Source of the DNA: Candidatus Poribacteria bacterium | Lineage (GTDB): Bacteria; Poribacteria; WGA-4E; WGA-3G | NCBI GenBank assembly: GCA_963666305.1 | Contig: OY762722.1 | Coordinates: 3,478,432-3,542,431 of the forward strand | DNA: 64,000 bases | Reading direction: 5' to 3' | The notes under the pieces: model-generated | Told to the model about the DNA's origin: nothing | Seen by the model: the letters and a program-made list of their open reading frames with translations, nothing else | Databases searched by the model: none | In this document: piece by piece, positions 10,632 through 20,646 of the stretch | Numbering within the stretch: position 1 is the stretch's first letter | Layout: each line of letters begins with the position of its first letter | Program-made: the position numbers and the translations under genes

Positions 10632-11804
10632 TTACTGTTCATTCTCGATGTTCTTCAGGCGTTGTTGTAGTTTTCTCAAGGCATCTGGAATGCGAGGTTT
10701 GCCGGGTCGATAGATAATTTCGGGTGGCACAATCCTTCCGAACATATATGACTCCGAGCGCAAACTCCATACAGGGGTTGTTATCGAACGGGAACGAATC
10801 GTCTCAGATAAATGCTCTTTCGGGGGTAGATAGAACCACTGTAGCGCGATAGAGTGCCGCGGTCCCTGAAAATAGTGAATCTCAACGGAATGGACACCTG
10901 TAGAGAGCGTTATACTGCCCCGTTTCCCCTTCCCTTCGTGAACGCCATCATTATCTACAACCAGATTTCTGTCGATGTATAGTTTTGCTCCATCATCTGA
11001 GTAAAGAGCGAAATGATACAATCCAGGTGTGTCGATTGCTAACTCGCCTCGGAAGCGAATTGCAAAATCCTCAACAACATATTGCATCTCTGGTGTCGGG
11101 AATCCTTGAGTATAATCTCTTTTAGAGACATCTAAATTTGCTGTAACAAAGGTATAGACAGGTGTCAAAAGGTCGAAATCCGGCATTCGATGGATGGGAC
11201 TACCGGGGACGTAGACTTCCCCGATTAATCCATGTCCGGCCATTACATCTGTGTCGAAGATACCGAGTCCTGCATCTATGCCATCAAGCGTTGCGAGTTC
11301 GACATCCGATGCACCTGTCCCTTTTTCAAAATGTTTTCCTGTCCCATATCCTCCGGTTCCACGTCCATTACGTCCGGGTCCACCAACCCCGGTTCCTCGC
11401 TGTCCCTCAACGACAACTGGACCCGACAGTTCGCCATCTTCACCAAAACTGGCGTTGGACACAGGACTCGGAGCATCTGATTGCGGAAGATCGGCGTATG
11501 TAACGATGTCGGGAATTACATCAGCATGGACGGGTGCCTTAGGAACGCTCACCTCTGGAGCATAGGTTGGTGCGGCGGGGGAAGAAGACGATGCTTCCGT
11601 CTCACTTACCTGTGGCACCACAGGTGTGCGTGGCGGTAAAACCCGTTGTCTTACTCGCTTCTCGGATTCTGGCTCTAATATCTCGGCGGATATGCTCTCT
11701 TTTTCTAAAGTGAAATGATTGGCAAGAAATGGCGAAATCGCTAACATCAATCCTATGTGGAGCACAAGCGATATCAATAAGGCACGGTTTGTGTATCTTC
11801 GCAT
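10632..11804 (-). CDS. TonB-like inner-membrane-anchored protein with Pro-rich linker, Gly-rich segment and C-terminal PA14 domain (copy 2)
   Basis: Six cytoplasmic residues precede a TM helix (ALLISLVLHIGLMLAISPFL). A Pro/Ser-rich linker follows. The PA14-like core is GLYHFALYSDDGAKLYIDRNLVVDNDG...HSVEIHYFQG. Confidence 0.65.
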   Translation of the reverse strand: MRRYTNRALLISLVLHIGLMLAISPFLANHFTLEKESISAEILEPESEKRVRQRVLPPRTPVVPQVSETEASSSSPAAPTYAPEVSVPKAPVHADVIPDIVTYADLPQSDAPSPVSNASFGEDGELSGPVVVEGQRGTGVGGPGRNGRGTGGYGTGKHFEKGTGASDVELATLDGIDAGLGIFDTDVMAGHGLIGEVYVPGSPIHRMPDFDLLTPVYTFVTANLDVSKRDYTQGFPTPEMQYVVEDFAIRFRGELAIDTPGLYHFALYSDDGAKLYIDRNLVVDNDGVHEGKGKRGSITLSTGVHSVEIHYFQGPRHSIALQWFYLPPKEHLSETIRSRSITTPVWSLRSESYMFGRIVPPEIIYRPGKPRIPDALRKLQQRLKNIENEQ

Positions 11805-11805
11805 T

Positions 11806-12960
11806 TTAGTTTATTTGCTCAAGCCGTTGCTGTAGTTTCTTCAACGCATTTGGCACGCGCGACTTACCCGGGCGATAGATAACTTCAGGTGGAACAATCT
11901 GTCTATAGGAATTTGGGGGTTGATAGAACCATTGAAGCGCGATTTCATAACGGGGTCCTTGGAAGTACTGAATTTCAAACGGATGTGTCCCAGTTGTTAA
12001 CTCCATACTTCCGTGTTTACCCATATCCATGAAAGGTCCCTTAAAATGCCACGATACCTGGGTATTTTTCGACAAATCCTTGCGTCCCTTGTTCCGCGTT
12101 ATTCCGTGAAGCCCATCATTATCAATAACGAGGGTGTCGGCAATATACAACTTTGAACCATCATCCGATAAAAGCCAGAAAGTGTACCTGCCGGGAGTAT
12201 CTACAGCCAACACACCGCGGAACCGAACCGCGAAATTCTCAACGACAATCTGCTTCCCTGGTATAGGAAATCCTTGCGTGTACTCTCTTACGGGTACATC
12301 TAAATTTGTTGTAATAAAGGTGTAAACTGGTGTCAAAGCCCCAAAATCGGGCATCCGCTCAATAGCGATACCGGGAACATAAGCCTGCCCAATTAACCCG
12401 TGTCCTGGCATCACGTTTGTGTCGAAGATACCGAGTCCCTCATCTACGGTATCAAGCGTTGCGAATCCTACATCTGATACACCTGTCCCATGGGAACCCA
12501 AGTGTTTTCCATTCCCATATCCACTGTTTCCGATGCCACCTACCCCGATTCCTTGCTGTCCCTCAATCACAACGGGACCTGAAAGCGCGCCGTCTTCGCC
12601 AAAACTGGCGTTGGACACAGGACTTGGAGCGTCTGATTGGGGAACATCAGCGTGTGTAACGATGTCAGGCGTTACATCAGCATGGACAGGTGCCTTCGGG
12701 ACGCTTACCTCTGGTGCGTATACCGGTGACGCAGGGGATGCGGGTGATGATTCGGTCTTGTTCACTTGTGGCACTACAGGCGAACGCGCCGGTAGAACCC
12801 GTCGTTTTACAGGCTTCTCGGATTCTGGCTCCAATATCTCAGCCGATATGCTCTCTTTTACTATGATAAATCGATTCACAAGAAGGGGTGAAATCGCTAA
12901 CATCAGCCCGATATGGAGAGCAAAGGATAGCAATAGTGCTCTATTTGTGTATCCGCGCAT
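11806..12960 (-). CDS. TonB-like inner-membrane-anchored PA14-domain protein (copy 1, tandem paralog)
   Basis: The architecture matches 10632..11804: MRGYTNRALLLSFALHIGLMLAISPLL..., a Pro-rich linker, and a PA14-like GRYTFWLLSDDGSKLYIADTLVIDNDG...HPFEIQYFQG. An AAGGAG RBS sits 9 nt before the ATG. Confidence 0.65.
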   Translation of the reverse strand: MRGYTNRALLLSFALHIGLMLAISPLLVNRFIIVKESISAEILEPESEKPVKRRVLPARSPVVPQVNKTESSPASPASPVYAPEVSVPKAPVHADVTPDIVTHADVPQSDAPSPVSNASFGEDGALSGPVVIEGQQGIGVGGIGNSGYGNGKHLGSHGTGVSDVGFATLDTVDEGLGIFDTNVMPGHGLIGQAYVPGIAIERMPDFGALTPVYTFITTNLDVPVREYTQGFPIPGKQIVVENFAVRFRGVLAVDTPGRYTFWLLSDDGSKLYIADTLVIDNDGLHGITRNKGRKDLSKNTQVSWHFKGPFMDMGKHGSMELTTGTHPFEIQYFQGPRYEIALQWFYQPPNSYRQIVPPEVIYRPGKSRVPNALKKLQQRLEQIN

Positions 12961-13150
12961 TCCATTACTCCTTATGCTCTTGGAACGGATGTGTTAACAA
13001 AAGATGTAGGGATTCGGAGATCCCTCCTACAAATATATCCGTTACATTACTACAAACGAGTTTCCAAGAAGTTGCAGTTTTTTTGATTGTCTCAGATCAT
13101 AAACATTTTTTTCGCGACTTCGCTAAGAAATTTAACATCCTATGATTAGG

Positions 13151-13182
13151 GTGACGGCACTTACGTACCCAAAGGTTGCATT
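13151..13182 (-). promoter_or_regulatory. ECF-type promoter copy (TGCAACC-N17-CGTCAC) upstream of the PA14 gene pair
   Basis: In gene orientation the sequence is AATGCAACCTTT-GGGTACGTAAGTGC-CGTCAC. It has the same architecture and spacing as the six other copies. Confidence 0.6.
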
Positions 13183-13216
13183 TTTTTTCAAAAACGCCCT
13201 ACGGAACTCACTGTAT

Positions 13217-13999
13217 TTAGTGTGTGAGCGAATAGATAACGGCGTTAATTCCCATTTTGAATGCTATATCCGAATATGCTTGCGGATAGAACGAATCCGC
13301 GGCGTGTTCCCATGCGTCTCCCCAATCGGTATTGAAGTTAATCATCATCATGAGCCTGCGGTTGTTATCATAGATTCCGAGACACCGCACGCGGCTGCCG
13401 CCAGTACTATCTCTTTCGTAAGTCCTTCCTCTGCGTGCTGAGCCTGATCCGGGAATTTGCATCAACTCGTTAATGTTATAGAAGCAGTTAAAAATCGGGT
13501 GCGAGATCGGGATGTCCTCGGGTTCACGATCCGGGAAAATTTTCTTCAACTGTTTATAAAACCGCTTCCATGCCTGTCTTCCGTGAAAATCATCGACAAC
13601 GATGAAACCACCGCGTAGCAAGTATTCCCGTAAGTTTCTCGCCTCAGCATCAGTAAATTTCAAACGCTTGACATCAACCATATAGCCAAACGGGTAACGA
13701 AAAAGTTCCCCAGAACCAACATCAATTATCTTTTCCTTTGAACTCACCGCGATATTTGTCTGCTCGCGGAGCTGCAGGATGAAGTTCCGGTCTGAAGCGG
13801 GCCAATCTGTCTCCCATTTGCCATGATACCCCCAAGAACACCTATATTTCAGACGGACGAAGGTGAATACATCAGTCTCTGACTCCTCTACTACAGCCGC
13901 AGAGGCGAAATTACCTCCGAAAATAGACGATACTATCAATATTGATACAATATGGAATGCAAAGGATAGTAAAAAAATACGATTTATGTTTCGTAGCAT
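13217..13999 (-). CDS. Secreted DUF4159-like protein (copy A)
   Basis: It is a paralog of 7284..8012 (FTFVRLKY...DWPASDRNF...LREYLLRGGFIVVDDFHG...MMMINFNTDWGDAWEH). The likely start is the ATG at 13999, preceded by AAGGA. Confidence 0.5.
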   Translation of the reverse strand: MLRNINRIFLLSFAFHIVSILIVSSIFGGNFASAAVVEESETDVFTFVRLKYRCSWGYHGKWETDWPASDRNFILQLREQTNIAVSSKEKIIDVGSGELFRYPFGYMVDVKRLKFTDAEARNLREYLLRGGFIVVDDFHGRQAWKRFYKQLKKIFPDREPEDIPISHPIFNCFYNINELMQIPGSGSARRGRTYERDSTGGSRVRCLGIYDNNRRLMMMINFNTDWGDAWEHAADSFYPQAYSDIAFKMGINAVIYSLTH

Positions 14000-14109
14000 T
14001 TCGTTGTCCTTGTTACCGTTAAAAATTAATTGGACACTTTCAAGCAATTCCTAATGCTGTTATCGTGCACTGGACAGGCACAAACTAACAGTTTATGCTA
14101 AAAATCTGA

Positions 14110-16113
14110 TTAAAAACTATAAAACCAGAGGACGTTGAATTGCACACCTCGTTTTGATTCAAAAGCTTTCGCAACGTTAAACCGTAGGAAGGAGTCGCTT
14201 TCACCGAACTGAAAACCGATCCCCGCATCGCTCTTCGGTACAAGTGTGCGCGTTTCGTCAGTTAAATTCCACGTTTGACCTGCATCAAGAAAAAGCACCA
14301 AAAAGAGGTTAAAATCAAAATCAGATTGCGTGTTTCTCCAAAAAAAGAGTTCCGGTAGGGGGTAAAAATATTCGACGTTGAAGAGGTAGCCACGGTCACC
14401 AGCAAAAGCGTAGAGTGGATAACCGTTCAATATGCCCGGTCCACCGATGGTAAATTGGCGTTGAATCGGTAGAGATTCAGTTGAAAAACTACCGATTGCC
14501 CGAGTCCGTATCCGATGTTTGCCGAGTGAATGTGCATAGCGAAGATGGAGTTGGTAGCGTGTAAAATCGAAGTCTGAACCGAAGGCGGTGTTGCTATGTT
14601 CAACCGAAAACGTGTTGTGCCAACCGAGATAATTTGTGCGAAGGTTAAGATCGTACATGAATATGACACTCTGCATCCGACCAGATGTTATGGCTGGATT
14701 TTCTCGCGCTATTGACGTTGAACGCCAATTGAAAAGATGCCAATCTGTGCTTTTTTCCAGACTTTCGTGATATTCAGCAAGAAGTGCCAACTTAAGCAAA
14801 TGCCTTGCGGGAATAGACTCCACACGTGGCAGTTTTTCCCATCGGAACGCTACTTCAACGCCAGTCTTCAAATAATAGTTGTGCAAGTTTTCCGCACCAA
14901 AAAGGTTATAGAACAAAGCACCTGGATCATTCAAAGAATGGGAAACACGATAAGGAATCACGTTGTCAGGTGTGATGTCTGCAACACGGTGGACCTTGGC
15001 ATTTATGCCAAACCCATGATACCATCTGTCAGCATCTCCCTCCAGATTGTTAAATTGTGTGTACGTCGCAAATGGCATCGTATCAATACCAATTTCGACA
15101 TCTGTTATTTTGTTACCAAACCCGTAACCTGCATATCCAAAAATATTTGAGGTCGGCATTCCATTTGAAAAACGTGCTCTTCGTAAATCCCTTTTTACAG
15201 TCGTACCCAGTTTCCAACCTGTGACCCGATTAAATCTAATCATTGGGTTCATTGTAAAGGAACCAGAAGATCGTAATGAAGCACGTTCCTTCACCGTAAT
15301 CACCGCGATATGTTTCCCCTTTTTTTCTTTAATACTCGACTCTACCGCCTCTAATTTCGCGCCCATTTTTTTTCGGAGTGTTCCTACTGCTTTTTCGATG
15401 TCCTCGTCACCAGTTTCAAGCGTTTCGAGAATCTCCGACCTATCAATTGTATGATTGCCCTGAATCTGAACTTCATGGATCTGCGAACCATCGGCAGTAC
15501 GGAACCGCGTCGGTGAAGAGGCAGGTTGTTTGTTAAAGCGACCAAACGGAAGGGGAAGACGAAAGGTCACAGTAGTCCGTAAAGAAGCAGGTTGTTCGTC
15601 GAAGTCTAACACGAGTAGCGATTTCACTTCAGGAATCTCAATGCCGAGTTTACCGAGATCCGTTAAGAGTTGACCTGCCTGTTGCAATGGAACACTGCCA
15701 ACGATATTTAGCAGATAGACCTTCTCAGCACTTTTTATAACCGCAAAGATGCCCGTGAAGATATCATCCAGGCTTGTGCCTTCCAGAGCAGCTCCGTTCA
15801 GGACATAGAGTCCGACCCTATCATCTTCCTGTATGCCGTTCCAGTCTTTCGCCTTCAAGTTTTCGCTGTAATATTGAGCAAGTTTATCATAAATACCGAC
15901 TTCATCATCGTAGATGTGGATGTAAAGGTCGCTTAGTGTATTAAAGGGTGCTGTCGGAGCAGCGAGTGCAATCAGTTCACGTGTGAAGTGGAATTGAAAC
16001 TTGGCATTTGGTATATCCGGGCAATCGAAAGGGATTGTGCCGTCTGGCGTTTCAGCAGACGTTTGCACGGATACAGTCAGTAGAACGACTATGATATATA
16101 ATATGTATTTCAT
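14110..16113 (-). CDS. Omp85-superfamily outer-membrane beta-barrel with N-terminal extra domain and one POTRA-like domain (copy A)
   Basis: Its N-terminal domain is homologous to that of 8164..10620. The POTRA-like segment is IHEVQIQGNHTIDRSEIL... The L6-like motif is GGPGILNGYP. The C-terminal ...FNVLWFYSF ends in Phe. The likely start is MKYILY at 16113. Confidence 0.65.
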   Translation of the reverse strand: MKYILYIIVVLLTVSVQTSAETPDGTIPFDCPDIPNAKFQFHFTRELIALAAPTAPFNTLSDLYIHIYDDEVGIYDKLAQYYSENLKAKDWNGIQEDDRVGLYVLNGAALEGTSLDDIFTGIFAVIKSAEKVYLLNIVGSVPLQQAGQLLTDLGKLGIEIPEVKSLLVLDFDEQPASLRTTVTFRLPLPFGRFNKQPASSPTRFRTADGSQIHEVQIQGNHTIDRSEILETLETGDEDIEKAVGTLRKKMGAKLEAVESSIKEKKGKHIAVITVKERASLRSSGSFTMNPMIRFNRVTGWKLGTTVKRDLRRARFSNGMPTSNIFGYAGYGFGNKITDVEIGIDTMPFATYTQFNNLEGDADRWYHGFGINAKVHRVADITPDNVIPYRVSHSLNDPGALFYNLFGAENLHNYYLKTGVEVAFRWEKLPRVESIPARHLLKLALLAEYHESLEKSTDWHLFNWRSTSIARENPAITSGRMQSVIFMYDLNLRTNYLGWHNTFSVEHSNTAFGSDFDFTRYQLHLRYAHSLGKHRIRTRAIGSFSTESLPIQRQFTIGGPGILNGYPLYAFAGDRGYLFNVEYFYPLPELFFWRNTQSDFDFNLFLVLFLDAGQTWNLTDETRTLVPKSDAGIGFQFGESDSFLRFNVAKAFESKRGVQFNVLWFYSF

Positions 16114-16430
16114 ATTCACTTTCTGGGCATACACGGTTTTTGGAGGTTGTAAAGGTTATTATAATAACTTAAGCGTGCCTTGTCAAATTGCTGCGTCTGA
16201 AAGGTTTAACGATGGGTCTACAAAGCGCGTTTACAGAACAGGAAAGGCGTGCTTTCTAAGTACGTCTACAGCGGGTATGGTTGAATTAAGAACTAACCCA
16301 AGTTGCTATCTTCTGATCATGAGGATACCCACTATCACTGCCTCCACGGAGTATTACAAATAGTCCAGGTAGGAGTGAAAGGATTACGTATCGCATCTGT
16401 ATCTCCTTGGTATTGTGGGTACATTCGTGC

Positions 16431-16648
16431 TAATTGGATCCGAATGTGTAACGCTTTGTAGAAGTTCCCTCACGCGCTTCTATGCTCTCCACACGCGCTT
16501 CAAACCCCTTTTTTTCGATGGCTTCTATTAAAGCCGCTTTTACACGCTCTGAGATTACTTCATTCACACCATTAGCGGGATCGGCCCCAGCGAATGCCCT
16601 TATCTGAACAATAAAGTACTACTGACAAACAGATAAATGACCACTTTA
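16431..16648 (-). pseudogene. Small putative lipoprotein ORF (~72 aa) interrupted by a 1-nt frameshift in a C3/G3 run
   Basis: A GGAGG RBS precedes ATG...MRQLKWSFICLSVVLYCSDKG (lipobox-like LYC), then a frame change at 16597-16599. The continuation AFAGADPANGVNEVISERVKAALIEAIEKKGF... is open only in the -1 frame. Confidence 0.35.
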
Positions 16649-16779
16649 GCTGACGCATCTTAATTTTCCTCCATACTTTAAAAAACTATGGTAGATTTTA
16701 CAATTACGCATACAGCGGAAAGGAACCAGGATCTGGTATGCCCAATTATGCAGAGCGTTAGAAACAATAAAAAATAGGG

Positions 16780-17349
16780 TTACTCTTCATCTTCATCACC
16801 CTCGACTTCTATAGGAATTTTGAATTCTTGAGGGTTTACCCCCTGGTCCTCAAGGTCCTTAATCTGGTGTTCAAGTTGTTCAGCATTTTCTTCCAAAGTC
16901 TTGATATAGTCCCGACTTTCATCGTTATCGCGCGCGATTTGGAGTTCTATCTGATTCGCTCGCAGAAGCTCCGGCACAGTTGCTTCCTTTTTCCGGAAAA
17001 TCTTATGTGTGAGAACTACCCACTCTTCCAAGAGAGAATGATCGCCCTTAGCGTGGATATACAAAGAGATTCTGAGTGCTTCTAATGCTTCAGCACTGTC
17101 TTTATCTTTGAATTCAAGATACTTGAGCATATATTCTTTTGCCCTTGCTTTCCGCTGCTCAAGTGGACGGGATAATAGGTAATCAAGAGATTTTAACTTA
17201 TTTGCAAGGGCTGCCTTGTCTTCTTCATTCAACCTCTCAACGATGCTGACCGATGTTTCTTCATCCACGCCATCAGGGTCGTGATCGCAGCCAGTATTTC
17301 CAGTTGTGAAGATGATAAAAAACGCGAGAAGAATAAGAAATCGGATCAT
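16780..17349 (-). CDS. Secreted/lipoprotein-like coiled-coil protein of unknown function
   Basis: A signal peptide ends NTGC. The protein is charged and helical (EEDKAALANKLKSLDY...EENAEQLEHQIKDLEDQ). Confidence 0.5.
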   Translation of the reverse strand: MIRFLILLAFFIIFTTGNTGCDHDPDGVDEETSVSIVERLNEEDKAALANKLKSLDYLLSRPLEQRKARAKEYMLKYLEFKDKDSAEALEALRISLYIHAKGDHSLLEEWVVLTHKIFRKKEATVPELLRANQIELQIARDNDESRDYIKTLEENAEQLEHQIKDLEDQGVNPQEFKIPIEVEGDEDEE

Positions 17350-17440
17350 TTTAGTGCCTCCTCAGCAATTGCAGGTTGCTTTATTCATTAAAACTGACGA
17401 TTCGCGCGTGATAGTTCATATCTCGCATCGCTTATCCACA

Positions 17441-20400
17441 TTATTCATCAAGGTTGAACCGCAGGACACCACGATTCGCGGTGCCGACATACAGTATGTT
17501 ACCATCAACAGTGAAAGAGATAACAGAGCCTGGAATTTCGGGTGTTGCCTGTTTCCATGTATTGGAATCCTCTTTCAAGAGATACACGTGTTGATTGGTC
17601 TGTCCATACACCGTTGTGCCCTCCGCTGCTAATCGGGAGACGACGAGAGATTTACCTTCAGCATCGGTTGTGACGTGCCAGTGCGTACTGTCGTTTGAAT
17701 ACGCAACACCTGTGTCGGTTGCCACATAAACGGTTGGTCCCGCGAAGGCGATCGCCTTGAATTTCTCAAAAGAGAACGGGATACCTACAGTAACATCGTT
17801 CCAGGTGTCTCCTTCATCAAACGATTGAAAGAGGTGTCCCTCCCGTTTTCCGACGTAAACAGTACTGCCCGACACGGCGATTTTGAAGCCCATAGAAGTA
17901 ATTGAATCATGAGCAGTAGCAACATCAGCGGAATAACTGTCAGGAGAGGACAATAGAGATGCGAAAGAGTCTTCGCCTGTATCTACTAACCCCGTGTTAT
18001 GCCACTCACTCATACCCGGTTTCCATCTATAAAGCGTCTTCCCGTATTCCACATAGTAGGTATCGCTACTCACGGCAAAGTTTCCAATAAACGCCATCAT
18101 ACTTGCTGAAGCTTGTTCTTGCATAACCTTATTCATGGTTTCATTTAACTGCTCAAAATCAATATCTTCGGGATTTGGTGGTTCGCCCTTTTCAAGGTTT
18201 TGCTTAGCCTTGTCCGTAAACGCTTGCATCATAATTTCGTCCATTTCTATGCGTATTTCCTGTGAATTGATACTTTCAAAAGCGGGCATACCCTCTATAA
18301 ACGCCATGCTATTGTCCTCGGTGGATAGACGAGCTATCGGCGAAGGCGAAGCCATATGATTCCCTCTCTTTACATACAAAGTATCGTCAAATGCTTCAAT
18401 AAGGACACCGGCGTCAATACCACGGGGAAGCGGGGTCCACGATTCACCCTTGTCTGCTGAGAAGACAAATCCATTTGTTGAATTTGCGTAGAGTTTATCG
18501 TTAACAGTGATGAGCGTCTGAACCGGAATACCAACGAGCCCGCTATTAAACGGATACCACGATTTGCCACCATCAATTGTGCACTGAACCCCGGACGGTC
18601 CTCCTTTGTAGAAAGTGTTTTCGTTCATCATCAGCATAGGTGGCGGCACGTTGTAACCTGACCCACCATTTACATTTAAGGCAGTCCAGGTTTCTCCGGT
18701 ATTCATGGAGTAGAAAAGTTCTCCAAACGCATCTACGACTGTAACTTTTCCCTGTGTTGCGAAGAGTTTGATACTCGGCATATAGATTTCTGTTGATTCT
18801 GCACCAGGAAATGGGAAACTTATCCCAAATTGTCCGCCTTGCTGCTTCTCTTCTCCACCCTCCTGTCTTTTCCGTGGATCTATGGAGTACCACGTATCGC
18901 CTTGATCTGTTGAGCGGTAAAGCGACCACTCATCATTCCCTGTCAGCGAAGATTTAAATTGCATCCCGATCTGATTCTGATTTGTCAGTTCGTCCCCCAC
19001 GGCAGCATAGAGACGATGTTCATCGACTGCTAAGGCATGGATGGCTGATTTGTTTTCGGACATTTCTGCTGGACGGATGGTCAATCTTTCCCATGTATCT
19101 GTGTTGAAACGATAGAGTCCACTGTCAGTCCCAGCAAACAGGGCGTTTTCAATGGCGGCGATTGCACGAATTTTTCGATCCGCGAGGTTCTCGTCATTCA
19201 GAGGTATCCACGACTTGCCGGTGTCCACAGAACGAAATATCCCTCCAATGAGAGCAAGATTCAGAGTCATATCGGCTTCTGCCCCAGGTCCCCTATCTGT
19301 TATGACCATGCCAACCGGCTGCCCTTTTGGGTGCGCACCGAGCGAAGTCCATGTCTCACCATCATCTGTAGAAGTCAATACCTCCCCATTGGTAGCGACG
19401 TAGAGCGTCCCGTCCCTCTCTACCATCTGTTGTGTGCCGCCCATCATCCAATCTTTCAGACTGAGTGATGTTGGACTTCCAGCGATGACGAGTTTCCATG
19501 AATGTCCGTCGTCTGCCATCTTATAAAAATTGGTGGAGGTTCCGGCGAAAATGTCTCCACGCGTTGTCGTGAAGAGGGTATTGACAAGCCCCCCTGCGGG
19601 TCCCTTTGTTTGTATCCACTGCGATTTCGGTGTTGAAACCTCAGTTTCATCGACAAGTGCCGCGGCGAAGAGCCTCGCATCCGGTTGCTGACCGGCACCG
19701 GGATTCTTACCGGGGACAGCCGACGTTCCTATCTGATTCCGCACTGCAGGTTTCGCAGGTGAATCTACGACCAAAATCGCCTCGATCAGATCAACCGTCC
19801 GTTCCGATGTAGCGTTTAGGTCGTAAGGTTTCTGGAAACGGGAGAGATACTGTGTGCCAGCCCCCATCAATAGGAAAATCAATACAGCCGAAGCAGCAGA
19901 AAGCACCCAAGGGATCACAGGTTTATTTGCAGTCGGTGGAGTCGGAGTGATACGTGAGACCTCGTTCATAATGTTCTGTGTTAAGTTAGCAGGCAGTTCA
20001 AAACTGTTGAGATTTTGTTGAATCATGTCTTCTTCCTTCATTAGACGATTACGAGCGCGGCTGAGCCGACTCTTAACAGTATTTGGAGATACACCGAGAA
20101 ACTCAGAAATGGCTTTGATTGTCAGTTCCCCAAGGTAGTAAAGCGTCATTACTGTGCGTTCGCTTTCTGGCAGTTTCTGAAGTAGTTTCTTAACAACTTC
20201 ACGGCGCGTTTCATCCGCTTCGGCTGCCTGTTTCTCTGCTACGTATCGAGAGTATGACACTTCATTCACCTCACTCATATCCGTAACTTCTAAAGATTGT
20301 TCCGGTGGCGGATTCTTTCGGAACCAGTCAGAACACAAATTTGCCGCAATGACATAAAGCCAGCCTGGAAACTGGTTATAGTTTTTCAAGGTACCCAGTT

Positions 20401-20575
20401 TCTGGTATGCCCTAAGAAACGCGTCCTGCGTAACTTCCTGTGCGATGTGAAAATCGCCGATCTTCCGCCACACCAGCGCGTGAACCCTTTTCTGGTATTT
20501 CGTGACTAAGGGACTGAATGCGTCCTGATCGCCTTGTAATACCCGTTGAATGAGTTCAGCATCGTTGTATTCCAT
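17441..20575 (-). CDS. Fused ECF sigma factor - TM helix - Asp-box (BNR) beta-propeller protein, paralog 1 (1044 aa)
   Basis: Sigma-70 region 2 is DFHIAQEVTQDAFLRAYQKL...WLYVIAANLC. The region 4 HTH is TVMTLYYLGELTIKAISEFLGVSPNTVKSRLSRARNRL. A single TM helix is VIPWVLSAASAVLIFLLMGAG. Seven or more SxDxGxTW Asp-boxes follow (STDDGETW, SVDTGKSW, STDQGDTW, SMNTGETW, TIDGGKSW, SADKGESW, SFDEGDTW). Confidence 0.8.
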   Translation of the reverse strand: MEYNDAELIQRVLQGDQDAFSPLVTKYQKRVHALVWRKIGDFHIAQEVTQDAFLRAYQKLGTLKNYNQFPGWLYVIAANLCSDWFRKNPPPEQSLEVTDMSEVNEVSYSRYVAEKQAAEADETRREVVKKLLQKLPESERTVMTLYYLGELTIKAISEFLGVSPNTVKSRLSRARNRLMKEEDMIQQNLNSFELPANLTQNIMNEVSRITPTPPTANKPVIPWVLSAASAVLIFLLMGAGTQYLSRFQKPYDLNATSERTVDLIEAILVVDSPAKPAVRNQIGTSAVPGKNPGAGQQPDARLFAAALVDETEVSTPKSQWIQTKGPAGGLVNTLFTTTRGDIFAGTSTNFYKMADDGHSWKLVIAGSPTSLSLKDWMMGGTQQMVERDGTLYVATNGEVLTSTDDGETWTSLGAHPKGQPVGMVITDRGPGAEADMTLNLALIGGIFRSVDTGKSWIPLNDENLADRKIRAIAAIENALFAGTDSGLYRFNTDTWERLTIRPAEMSENKSAIHALAVDEHRLYAAVGDELTNQNQIGMQFKSSLTGNDEWSLYRSTDQGDTWYSIDPRKRQEGGEEKQQGGQFGISFPFPGAESTEIYMPSIKLFATQGKVTVVDAFGELFYSMNTGETWTALNVNGGSGYNVPPPMLMMNENTFYKGGPSGVQCTIDGGKSWYPFNSGLVGIPVQTLITVNDKLYANSTNGFVFSADKGESWTPLPRGIDAGVLIEAFDDTLYVKRGNHMASPSPIARLSTEDNSMAFIEGMPAFESINSQEIRIEMDEIMMQAFTDKAKQNLEKGEPPNPEDIDFEQLNETMNKVMQEQASASMMAFIGNFAVSSDTYYVEYGKTLYRWKPGMSEWHNTGLVDTGEDSFASLLSSPDSYSADVATAHDSITSMGFKIAVSGSTVYVGKREGHLFQSFDEGDTWNDVTVGIPFSFEKFKAIAFAGPTVYVATDTGVAYSNDSTHWHVTTDAEGKSLVVSRLAAEGTTVYGQTNQHVYLLKEDSNTWKQATPEIPGSVISFTVDGNILYVGTANRGVLRFNLDE

Positions 20576-20614
20576 TACAAGCCTTCTCCAGAATCGTATT
20601 ATGTTTTAACTTAA

Positions 20615-20646
20615 GTGACGGATTTTAGGTTCTAAGAAGTTGCATT
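20615..20646 (-). promoter_or_regulatory. ECF-type promoter copy (variant -35 TGCAACT) 40 nt upstream of fused sigma paralog 1
   Basis: In gene orientation: AATAATGCAACTT-CTTAGAACCTAAAATC-CGTCAC. Confidence 0.55.

Noticed and set aside
11162-12997. Multiple 60-190 aa ORFs on the plus strand (e.g. 11251..11565, 12419..12997) inside the PA14 genes
   Set aside because: They are antisense shadows of Pro/Gly-rich coding sequence, with low-complexity translations and no independent support.
16001-16363. 120-aa plus-strand ORF at the start of Omp85-like gene A
   Set aside because: It overlaps the opposite-strand gene start, and has no RBS or recognisable motif.
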